Part shown: one piece after another, positions 56,279-64,000 of the stretch
Numbering within the stretch: position 1 is the stretch's first letter
How the letters are laid out: each line of letters opens with the position of its first letter
Assembly (NCBI GenBank): GCA_036261885.1
Contig: DATAJY010000012.1
Span: forward strand, 143,458-207,457
DNA length: 64,000 nucleotides
DNA from: Thermoanaerobaculia bacterium
GTDB lineage: Bacteria > Acidobacteriota > Thermoanaerobaculia > Gp7-AA8
Reading direction: 5' to 3'
Made by a program: the position numbers and the translations under genes
Notes under the pieces: generated by a model
The model's input: the letters and a program-made list of their open reading frames with translations, nothing else
Databases searched by the model: none
What the model was told of the DNA's origin: nothing

Positions 56279-56754
56279 GTGCGTGCCGATTCGAAGCGCA
56301 GATTCTCGAAGCGGTCGAGCGCGACGCCTGGACCACGGCGTTGCGCGAGCATCTTTCCGGATGCGACGACTGCATCGCCGCCGCGACGGTCTCGCCATGG
56401 ATGAGCCGTTTCGCGAACCTCGGCGATCGCGAGCATCGTCTCCCCGACGCGTCGATTGTCTATCTCAAAGCGAAGCTGCTGCAGGGGCGTGTCGACGTCC
56501 TCCGCGCCTCGCGCCCGATGGACATCGTGCAGATGATCGCCTACCTCGTCGTCGCCGGCGGCTGGGCCGCGCTGCTGACCTGGAAGTGGCAGGCCATCGA
56601 AGCGTGGCTGCGCAGCCTCACGCCGACCGCGATCGTGCTGAAGCAAAGCTCCGGCGCCGCGGAATCGCTCTCGATGTCGTTCCTCGCCTTCGTGATCGTG
56701 CTCGCTTCCATGACCGTGATGCTCGCTCTGCACACGATCATGGCGGAAGAGTGA
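56275..56754 (+). CDS. Anti-sigma factor (zf-HC2-like N-terminus, membrane anchored)
   Basis: ATGA overlap with the sigma gene. HLSGCDDC motif, then hydrophobic segments. Confidence 0.65.
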   Translation: MSACRFEAQILEAVERDAWTTALREHLSGCDDCIAAATVSPWMSRFANLGDREHRLPDASIVYLKAKLLQGRVDVLRASRPMDIVQMIAYLVVAGGWAALLTWKWQAIEAWLRSLTPTAIVLKQSSGAAESLSMSFLAFVIVLASMTVMLALHTIMAEE

Positions 56755-56801
56755 GTGTGCGATGAGAGAGGACGCGGTCCTCTCCCATCGCTCTGCTCGG
56801 A

Positions 56802-58973
56802 TCACTCCTGAAACTTCGGCGCACGCTCGCCGCGAATCGCGAGGTCGTGGATCTTGTCGGCGAGGATCTGCTTTTCGCCGAGGACCTGGGCGACGCGGCG
56901 AACGTTCACGCCGTTCTGCGTGCTGTTCGGTCCCATCTGCGCGTCCATGAGGTTGCGCGTGCGGTCGGAGAGCAGCCAGCCGAGGGGGAAGACGGCGTTC
57001 GATTGCTCGAGCCAGAACGTCGTGTGATGTTCGGCGCCGACGAGCTCCTGCAATTCTTCGGTCGCGAGATTCGCATGTGAGCCGCGCACCGCGAGCAGCG
57101 CGCGCACCGGAGAGAGCACCTCGTTCGCGAAGCGTTCCGATGTCACGGGAGCCGGCGTCTGCATCTTGAACTGAATGAAGATCACGTGCGGACGGATGCG
57201 ATCGGCGTACTTGCTGCGACGGATCACGCGCAGCAGATCGGACGCCGTCGCGGAGCCGGAGTTCTCGAAGTAGCCGCCGTCGACGACGTGTTCGCAGCGC
57301 TCGCCCGGATCGCACGTCAGCGGCGAGCCGCCGGTGCCGCCGCTGGCGCGAAGAAGCGTGCCGGCCGGCGAGACGTAGGTGAAGCGCGTGCTGTTATCGA
57401 CGGCGGTGCTGACGCGCACGTCCGCGCCGAGCGCGCCGAAGAGGTCGATCGAATCGGCGAGCTCGCCGTACGAGCCGCTGTCGATGCGCAGGTTCGACGC
57501 GATGATGCGCTGTCCCGTCTCCACGACCGTGCCGTTGAGGAACAGCGACGGGATGTGATTCTCGCGATCTTTCATCAATGCCAGGAAGCCGCCGGCGAAC
57601 GTGTCGTCGTCTTCCATGTTGCGGCGTTGAATCGTCGAACGCCACGCGTGTTCCCAGCCGCCTTCGAGCGCGCGTGCGCGATCGGGAAGAATCGGCGCGG
57701 GGATGAAGCGCTGCGCGAGATCGGGCTGCGTCATCGCCGCGAGCGTCGGCGCGAGTGAATCCTCGGAGAGCATCTGACGGGCGCGGAAGCGCAGTGAATA
57801 TTGCTCGCCGGCCTGCGGCGTGTAATCCGTCTCCTCGAGATTCGCGAGCGTTTCATTGCGGCGGATGAGCAGCGCGTCATAGACCGTCGCACCGAGAGCG
57901 CCACCGGAGACGGCGCTGATCGCGAACGTGTGATCGGCGAACGTCGGCAGCGTATCGGTGAGCGACGTCAGCACCGCGGCGGTCCAGTACGCGGCGCGAA
58001 TACCTCCCCCTTCCGTGGCCACGAGGATCACCGGATACTTCCCGTCCGCACCGGGCGGGTGCTCCGCCTGCAGTCGTTCGAACCAGCGATCGAACGTCGT
58101 CGAGATCGTCGGCCGCGCATTCGGATCGAACGGCATCGTCTGCACGACATGGTTGTCGGTGAGCGGGCTGATGAGCACGGCCCAGACCAGCAGGAACGTG
58201 AAGATCGGAACGCCCGCGCGCATGCCGAGGGCGACCAGCAGCGAGCCGACCGGCACCGAGAGCGCGAACGCGCAGATCACGACGGCCGCCGAGCCGATGA
58301 GCACGATGCTCTGCACGAACCAGGTCGACCAGATGAACAACGCCGCGGCGAAGGCGATGCTGATCCAGAAGAGGATCTTCACCGAGCGGGCACGCTGCCG
58401 GCGCGGCACCACGAGCGCCGCCGAGACGTGCAGCCAGTGGCGGCGCCAGATCGTGAACGCGAGAAACGCGATCATCAGCACGCCGAGCCAGATGGCCATC
58501 TTCGTCAGTTCCGCGACCGGCTCGGGCACGCCGTAGTTCCGCGCGACGCGCCAGAGCGATCCCATCGCGATCAGAAACGCCGACACGCCGCAGATGCGCG
58601 GCAGCCACGTCGTGAGCCACGGAAACTCTTCCGGCCGCGGACGTCCCGGCGCCGGCTCGTTGTGCAGCAACTGCCGCGACCAGAACCACGTCTGGATGGC
58701 CAGGAAGACGATGCCGATGATGTAGCCGATGCGCTGGCCGTCATGCGGCGGCGTTGCGCCGGTCGGATCGTCTTCGGCGAGATTGGCAATGATGTCGTAG
58801 CCCTGCGCCGAAATCAGAAACGCGAACGCGACGGCGATCAATGCGATGAAGCTGAAGCGCAGCGGCAACAGAAAAAGGTACAGCCGTTTGGCGTGTTTCC
58901 ACACGCCGCCGATGAGCGAAACGCTCTCCACTCGCTCCTCGGGCGGAGCGGTCGTAATGACTTCGCTGGCCAT
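56802..58973 (-). CDS. Patatin-like phospholipase with N-terminal polytopic membrane domain
   Basis: 723 aa, about 8 TM helices. Oxyanion motif ATEGGGIRAAYW and GxSxG-like ISAVSGGALGA. Confidence 0.8.
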   Translation of the reverse strand: MASEVITTAPPEERVESVSLIGGVWKHAKRLYLFLLPLRFSFIALIAVAFAFLISAQGYDIIANLAEDDPTGATPPHDGQRIGYIIGIVFLAIQTWFWSRQLLHNEPAPGRPRPEEFPWLTTWLPRICGVSAFLIAMGSLWRVARNYGVPEPVAELTKMAIWLGVLMIAFLAFTIWRRHWLHVSAALVVPRRQRARSVKILFWISIAFAAALFIWSTWFVQSIVLIGSAAVVICAFALSVPVGSLLVALGMRAGVPIFTFLLVWAVLISPLTDNHVVQTMPFDPNARPTISTTFDRWFERLQAEHPPGADGKYPVILVATEGGGIRAAYWTAAVLTSLTDTLPTFADHTFAISAVSGGALGATVYDALLIRRNETLANLEETDYTPQAGEQYSLRFRARQMLSEDSLAPTLAAMTQPDLAQRFIPAPILPDRARALEGGWEHAWRSTIQRRNMEDDDTFAGGFLALMKDRENHIPSLFLNGTVVETGQRIIASNLRIDSGSYGELADSIDLFGALGADVRVSTAVDNSTRFTYVSPAGTLLRASGGTGGSPLTCDPGERCEHVVDGGYFENSGSATASDLLRVIRRSKYADRIRPHVIFIQFKMQTPAPVTSERFANEVLSPVRALLAVRGSHANLATEELQELVGAEHHTTFWLEQSNAVFPLGWLLSDRTRNLMDAQMGPNSTQNGVNVRRVAQVLGEKQILADKIHDLAIRGERAPKFQE

Positions 58974-59041
58974 GATCCCGGACCTCCTCGGATATGGAGA
59001 GAAGGATACGCTGAAAGGTGTCCTGCGATACGCTGCACGCC

Positions 59042-59785
59042 ATGTGGTCGCCGGATCAGTACGAGAAATTCAAGGCCGAGCGTCAGCAACCGTTTCATGA
59101 CCTTCTGTCGCTCGTGGAGAAGCGGCCGCACATGCGCCTCCTCGACCTCGGCTGCGGCACCGGCGAGCCGACGCGCGAACTGCATCTCACGCTCGAAGCG
59201 CGCGAGACCCTCGGTATCGACAACTCGGAAACGATGCTGCTCAAGGCCGGCAGTTTCGGCGGCGAAATGCTGCACTTTCAGAAGAACAGCATCGAGGCAT
59301 TCGTCACCGACGATCCGTACGATCTGATCTTCTCCAACGCCGCGCTGCACTGGGTTCCCGATCACGAGCGGCTGCTCGTGCGCCTCACGAACTTTCTCTC
59401 CGCCGACGGCCAGCTCGCCCTCCAGATGCCGGCGAACGACGACCATCCGTCGCACGTGATCGCCGCCCGCCTGGCCCGCGACTTCGGCATCGAGGCCCGG
59501 CCCGATTTCGTGCTTCCGCCGGAGCGGTACGCGCAACTGTTGCACCGTCTCGGCTACAAACGCCAGCACGTGCGGCTGCAGGTCTACGGGCACCTCCTGC
59601 CGTCCACCGCCGACGTCGTGGAATGGGTGCGCGGCGCACTGCTCACGCACTACGAAGCGGCGCTGACGAAAGAGCGTTTCGCGGAGTATCTGCAGGCCTA
59701 CCGCGAACGACTGATCGCGGAGCTCGGTGAGGAACGGCCGTTCTTCTACACGTACAAACGCGTGCTGGTCTGGGGCACGTTCTAG
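59042..59785 (+). CDS. tam: Trans-aconitate 2-methyltransferase-like SAM methyltransferase
   Basis: Internal ATG 59042. Colinear with E. coli Tam (W.P..Y..F..ER..P..DLL; LDLGCGTG; DLIFSNAALHWVPDH; LALQMP). Confidence 0.8.
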   Translation: MWSPDQYEKFKAERQQPFHDLLSLVEKRPHMRLLDLGCGTGEPTRELHLTLEARETLGIDNSETMLLKAGSFGGEMLHFQKNSIEAFVTDDPYDLIFSNAALHWVPDHERLLVRLTNFLSADGQLALQMPANDDHPSHVIAARLARDFGIEARPDFVLPPERYAQLLHRLGYKRQHVRLQVYGHLLPSTADVVEWVRGALLTHYEAALTKERFAEYLQAYRERLIAELGEERPFFYTYKRVLVWGTF

Positions 59786-59800
59786 CGCCCGCAAGCGGCG

Positions 59801-60472
59801 TCACTTCGCGATCTTCGCCTTCACACCAGCGCGGAATCGCCGGCTCATCACCAGCTCGGTGCCGTCGGTCAGCACGACCGTCGAGTCGTTGCGCAGCTCC
59901 GCGATTCGACGCAGATTCACGATGATCCGGCGATGGATGCGAATGAAGTGGCGTTGTTCGAGGCGTGCCTCGACGGCGGCCATGGCATCGCGCACGAGAT
60001 GCGATTGCTCGCGGACGTGCACGCGCACGTACTTTCCCTCGGCCTCGATCCAGTCGACGTCTTTGACCGCCACGAGAATGGTTCGGTCTCGTTTGCGCAC
60101 GGTGAAGAACGCCGAGGCGAGCTCGCGCGGCTTGCGCGTCTTCGCCCGTTCGATGGCCTGATTGAATCGATCGCTGTCGAACGGCTTGAGCAGGTAATCG
60201 ACGGCGGCGACGTCGAACGCGCGGACGGCGTAGTCGTCGTACGCGGTGATGAAGATGACCGCGGGCGGCCTGGCGTCGAGCACGTCGAAGCCGCTGCCGC
60301 CGGGCATCTGGATGTCGAGCAGCACGAGGTCGGGCTTGTCGCGCTCGATGGCCGCCTTCGCATCGGCGACGTTCGCCGCCTCACCGACGATGACGATGTC
60401 GCCGCGCGCCTCGCAGAAGCGCCGCACTTTCTCCCTTGCGAGACGTTCGTCATCGACGATCAGCGCGCGCAT
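59801..60472 (-). CDS. LytTR-family response regulator
   Basis: The ATG shares its A with the kinase TGA. The REC domain is ALIVDDERLAREK...LLDIQMPGGSGF. The LytTR DNA-binding C-terminus is FIRIHRRIIVNL. Confidence 0.9.
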   Translation of the reverse strand: MRALIVDDERLAREKVRRFCEARGDIVIVGEAANVADAKAAIERDKPDLVLLDIQMPGGSGFDVLDARPPAVIFITAYDDYAVRAFDVAAVDYLLKPFDSDRFNQAIERAKTRKPRELASAFFTVRKRDRTILVAVKDVDWIEAEGKYVRVHVREQSHLVRDAMAAVEARLEQRHFIRIHRRIIVNLRRIAELRNDSTVVLTDGTELVMSRRFRAGVKAKIAK

Positions 60473-61485
60473 CAGGCCACGCTCCACGGCAGGGTGATGT
60501 CGACGGCGAAGCCGTTCTTCGCGGCGCTGTAGCAGAACGATCCGTGCAGCGCCTCCACGCGCGCACGCGTGTTCGACAGCCCGACGCGCTCGCGCACTTC
60601 GCCTTTCGTCTCCGCGTCGTCATGCACCGAGAGGCGCAGCAGCGAGCCGTCGCGGGAGGCGCGGATGACGATGTTGCCGCCGCTCGCGCTGCGGGCGATG
60701 CCGTGATGGATCGCGTTCTCGACGAGCGGCTGCAGCAGCAGCGACGGCACCAGCGCCTTGCCGGACTGCTCCTCGACGTCGAACTGCACGCGCAGGCGAT
60801 CTTCGAAACGGATCTTCTCGATGGCGAGATAGCGCTGCGCGAGCTCGATCTCTTCGTCGAGCGGAATCTCCGCGGCCGGCTGCCGGTCGACGGTCATGCG
60901 CAGCAGTTCCGAAAGCCGCGTGAGCATCGCGTCGGCGGCCCGGACGTCGGTGTACATCAGCGACGAGACGGAGTTGAGCGTGTTGAAGAGAAAGTGCGGA
61001 TTGAGCTGCATCTTCAGCGCGTCGAGCTGCGCGCGCGAGAGCTGCGCCTCGAGCCGCGAGGCACTGCGCGAGTAATCCCACGCCAGCGTGGCCGCGAGAA
61101 TCAGCCAGTACGTCGGCAGGCTGCTGTGGAAGTTCACGCCGAACGCGGTCTTGATCGCGTACAGCAATCCTTCCTGCCGGTAGGCGGCCGATGAGAACGT
61201 GGTGAGAATCGCTTCGGCGAGCACGAGCTGAATCGCGGTCAGAACGATGCTCGCGAGCACATGCACGAAAAACGCGGAGAGCCGTCGCAGCGGAAACCGC
61301 CGCGCGAGCAGGATCACCAGCGGCGTGGCCGCGCCCCAGAGGTAGTAGTAGGTGACGTTGATCGCCACCGCTTCGCCCCAGCGCGGGCGCATGCGAAATG
61401 CCGGATTGAAGTACGCCTGCGATGCGAAATAGAAAGCGACCAGCGTCCACGCCGCGAGGCCGATCAGGACGATGCGTGCCTTCAT
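60472..61485 (-). CDS. LytS/YehU-type sensor histidine kinase
   Basis: Start ATG 61485. Membrane N-terminus and the H-box region LNPHFLFNTLNSVSSLM, with an HATPase C-terminus. Confidence 0.85.
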   Translation of the reverse strand: MKARIVLIGLAAWTLVAFYFASQAYFNPAFRMRPRWGEAVAINVTYYYLWGAATPLVILLARRFPLRRLSAFFVHVLASIVLTAIQLVLAEAILTTFSSAAYRQEGLLYAIKTAFGVNFHSSLPTYWLILAATLAWDYSRSASRLEAQLSRAQLDALKMQLNPHFLFNTLNSVSSLMYTDVRAADAMLTRLSELLRMTVDRQPAAEIPLDEEIELAQRYLAIEKIRFEDRLRVQFDVEEQSGKALVPSLLLQPLVENAIHHGIARSASGGNIVIRASRDGSLLRLSVHDDAETKGEVRERVGLSNTRARVEALHGSFCYSAAKNGFAVDITLPWSVA

Positions 61486-61606
61486 GCCGTCGATGATAGC
61501 GGCCCCGCGCGACGCGCGCGGACCGCTCGTGACCACGCGCAGCACGCTCGTGACGTTTGCGCGGCACGCGTGCCGCACCACGCCCTACGTTCATGCGCGA
61601 ATGATC

Positions 61607-63112
61607 ATGCGCAAACTCGCTCTGCTGTCGTTGCTGCTCGCTCTCCCACTGCACGCCGATCTCTGGTCGACGCTCGAGCCCGGTCCGTACACCGCGGGCT
61701 TCACGCAACTCGAGCGCTCCGATGCGTCACGCCCGTTCCGTACGCCGCGCAGGCTCGACGGCACGTTGCGCGGCGGCGACCGCGCGCGGCCGATCCGCAT
61801 CAGCATCTGGTATCCAGCGCAGAAAACCGGCGGCACGCCGCTGACGTTCGGCGATTACCTCGACCTCGTGGCGCAGGAGCAGACGTTCGCACCGGTCACG
61901 GCCGACGATCGCCGCCGCGCCGAAGAGGCGTTCTTCAACGTTCCGCTGCTGAACACGCTCACGAAAGAACAGCGCGCGGCCATGCGGCCGCTGGCGGGCC
62001 GCGCCATTCGCGATGCGAAGCCGGTCGACGCGAAGTTTCCGGTACTCCTCTACAGCCTCGGCTCCGCGGCGATCGCGCACGTCACGCCCGAGTATCTCGC
62101 CAGCCACGGGTACGTCGTCGTGCAGTCGCCGCGTCTCGGCGCGTTCGCGGGGCTGCCGCAGGACAACCGCGACGCGCTCGATCTCGAGACCAAACTGCGC
62201 GACGTCGATTTCGTGCTCAACGAAGTGCGCGCGTGGAAGCAGGCCGATCTCACGAGTCTCGCCTCGCTCGGCTTCAGCGCCGGCGGGCGATGGGCGTTGG
62301 CGGCGGCGATGAAGTATCCCGACCTGAAAGCGGTGGTGTCGCTCGACTCGGTGATGCTCTTCGACGATCCGCTGCTCGCCGCGTGGCGCACGATGCCGCA
62401 CTTCAACCTCGACGCGGTGCGCGTGCCGGTGCTGCACATCACGCGCAAAGAATTCGCCGACCAGGACAGCGCGGCGATGTGGAAGGAGCTGCGCTACGCC
62501 GATCGCACGCAGATCGTCTGCGAGCCGGGACTCGATCACTGGGACTTCCAGTCGCTCGGCCTCGCCACCGCGCTGGCCGGCGCACGCGGCGCGCTCGCGC
62601 CGCGCATCGAACAGACCTTCGTCGAGTGGAATCGCAACACGCTCGCGTTCCTCGATCAGCACCTGAAAGGAGGGAAGAAGTTCGAACCGCAGAACGCCAC
62701 GCATCTCGCCGCGCTGCCGGCGCCGGTCACCGCGCCGGAGTTTCTCGGCGCCTTCGTCGATGAGGGGACGGACGTCGCCCTCGCCGCGTTCAGGAAAGCA
62801 TGGCAGGAGCGCGGCACGCCGCCGGTCGCGGAAGCGGTCGTGAACCTCGTCGGCTACAACCTCCTCTTCGGTGGACGTGCAACCGAAGGGTTGCGCGTGC
62901 TCGAGCTCAACGTCGAAGCGTATCCGCGGTCCTCGAACACGTACGACAGTCTCGCCGACGCGTATCTCGCCGCCGGCAATCGCGCGAAGGCGCTGGAACT
63001 GACGAAGAAGGCAGCGGAAATGCTGGCGAAGGAGACGGGGCTGAACGAGCAGCGTCGGGCCGCGATTCAGGGGAGCATCGATGGGAAGTTGAAGGAGCTC
63101 GGCGGCCGGTAG
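61607..63112 (+). CDS. Secreted alpha/beta hydrolase (PAF-acetylhydrolase/dienelactone-hydrolase-like) with C-terminal TPR-like region
   Basis: Signal peptide MRKLALLSLLLALPLHA. Nucleophile elbow LGFSAGGRW. Helical-repeat tail (YDSLADAYLAAGNRAKALELTKKAAEM). Start is ATG 61601 or 61607. Confidence 0.7.
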   Translation: MRKLALLSLLLALPLHADLWSTLEPGPYTAGFTQLERSDASRPFRTPRRLDGTLRGGDRARPIRISIWYPAQKTGGTPLTFGDYLDLVAQEQTFAPVTADDRRRAEEAFFNVPLLNTLTKEQRAAMRPLAGRAIRDAKPVDAKFPVLLYSLGSAAIAHVTPEYLASHGYVVVQSPRLGAFAGLPQDNRDALDLETKLRDVDFVLNEVRAWKQADLTSLASLGFSAGGRWALAAAMKYPDLKAVVSLDSVMLFDDPLLAAWRTMPHFNLDAVRVPVLHITRKEFADQDSAAMWKELRYADRTQIVCEPGLDHWDFQSLGLATALAGARGALAPRIEQTFVEWNRNTLAFLDQHLKGGKKFEPQNATHLAALPAPVTAPEFLGAFVDEGTDVALAAFRKAWQERGTPPVAEAVVNLVGYNLLFGGRATEGLRVLELNVEAYPRSSNTYDSLADAYLAAGNRAKALELTKKAAEMLAKETGLNEQRRAAIQGSIDGKLKELGGR

Positions 63113-63122
63113 TTGCGGAGCG

Positions 63123-63773
63123 CTACCGCGGCTCCTTCAGGCCGAGAACCTCCAGCACCTTCTTCACGTCCTGCTTCTTGCCGGTCACGCGCATCCGCCC
63201 CCTGGCCAGCGCCTCATCGGAAGCAGCGCGATCGTGCGCGGCCTGCGCGAGCGTCGACATGTCGCCGGCGATGATCACGTCGGCGACGTCGGCGGGGCCG
63301 GCATGCGTTTCCATCGCGCCATTCTCGATGCGCGCGTGCATCGCCTCCCCGCCGCTTTCGAACTGCAGCACGAGCGTCGTGTTCTGCGCGCGGTCGGAAC
63401 GAAACATGACGTGCAGCCAGTGGGCGAGCCAGTCGATGTGGAACGCCTCGCCTTTGCGTTTGCCGAGGAACTGCAGGCCCCATTTCGCGAGCTCGCGCAG
63501 CACCGGCGTGAGGGCGCGGCCCGATTCGGTGAGCTCGTAGACGACGGACGCCGCCGGCGGCGGCAGCGTGCGCCGGGCGATGACGCCGCTCTCCTCGAGC
63601 TTCCTGAGGCGCGCGGCGAGAACGTCGGTGGCGATGCCCGGCGTCCCGCCGAGGAGATCGCTGTAGCGCTTCGCGCCGCTGGTGAGCTCGCGCACGAGCA
63701 GCAGCGTCCAGCGCTCGCCGACGAGATCGAGCGCCTTGGCGACGGCGCAGTACTGGTCGTAGGTTTTTTGCAT
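63123..63773 (-). CDS. HxlR-family transcriptional regulator with C-terminal SCP2-like extension
   Basis: CAVAKALDLVGERWTLLLVRELTSGAKRYSDL is the HxlR wHTH signature. 216 aa. Confidence 0.85.
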   Translation of the reverse strand: MQKTYDQYCAVAKALDLVGERWTLLLVRELTSGAKRYSDLLGGTPGIATDVLAARLRKLEESGVIARRTLPPPAASVVYELTESGRALTPVLRELAKWGLQFLGKRKGEAFHIDWLAHWLHVMFRSDRAQNTTLVLQFESGGEAMHARIENGAMETHAGPADVADVIIAGDMSTLAQAAHDRAASDEALARGRMRVTGKKQDVKKVLEVLGLKEPR

Positions 63774-63887
63774 GGTTGGTTGTCGGTTGTCGGTTGTCGG
63801 TTGTCGGGAGAACCGCTCCGCTACTGCTCAGTACCTGGTGGATGGGTGGCGGCCTCCCGACAACCGACTCCCGACTCCCGACCCCCG
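63774..63887. repeat. Heptamer-armed element E5
   Basis: Left arm: TTGTCGG x4 then GAG (63780-63810), beginning 1 nt from the hxlR-like ATG. 42-nt core ending GGGTGGCGGCC. Right arm: CCGACAA CCGACTC CCGACTC CCGACCC (63857-63884). Confidence 0.85.
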
Positions 63888-63934
63888 AATCTTACCACTT
63901 GACTTTTCCAAGTAGTGACACCAGATTGCCAAGC

Positions 63935-64000
63935 ATGAACGCGCGTGGTCTCGTGCTCGATCCGGCCGCCCTTCGCCTCCGCGCGGTGCGCGGCGTCTTC
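63935..64000 (+). CDS. 5' end of an unidentified CDS (truncated by window)
   Basis: ATG 63935, open to the window end (MNARGLVLDPAALRLRAVRGVF). Divergent from the HxlR-like regulator. Confidence 0.25.
   Translation, partial: MNARGLVLDPAALRLRAVRGVF

Overview
High-GC (about two-thirds G+C by eye) bacterial chromosomal segment. It is densely coding, with about 65 CDS I can support. I saw no rRNA or complete tRNA genes and no transposase, integrase, cas or phage structural genes. All family names come from motif recognition by eye and from memory; no database search was run.

Housekeeping anchors:
- class II (B12-dependent) ribonucleotide reductase nrdJ, with tandem NrdR-box-like operators
- glnS, murB, a queA-like gene, an Lhr-type helicase, oligopeptidase B
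- two divergent POT peptide transporters
- NarL-type and LytTR-type two-component pairs, an ECF sigma/anti-sigma pair, a Ser/Thr kinase

Most interesting content:
1. 28481-31141: a translationally coupled operon. It encodes a nucleotidyltransferase, then a TIGR04222-like polytopic membrane protein ending in a (GSSC)3(GGGC)2GGCGS tail, then a DUF692/MNIO-type oxidase. I read it as a candidate membrane-tethered, Cys-modifying RiPP-like system.
2. 1039-7314: a tightly coupled PqqD-like / HprK-related kinase / 3x GT2 / NTP_transf_5-like operon. It converges on a radical SAM/SPASM enzyme that is start/stop-overlapped with a 97-aa internally repeated protein.
3. Five intergenic hairpin elements whose inverted arms are tandem heptanucleotide repeats (GTCGGNN/NNCCGAC, or ATTGAAA/TTTCAAT). 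They sit exactly at gene boundaries.
4. 48764-49314: a 224-bp tandem array of GC-rich hairpin modules related to a REP-like inverted repeat at 31088-31202.
5. A TPR-sensor/trypsin-like protease paired with an HExxH membrane protein, and a pseudokinase-receiver fusion.

Many long ORFs in the supplied track are antisense or out-of-frame shadows typical of high-GC DNA and were rejected.
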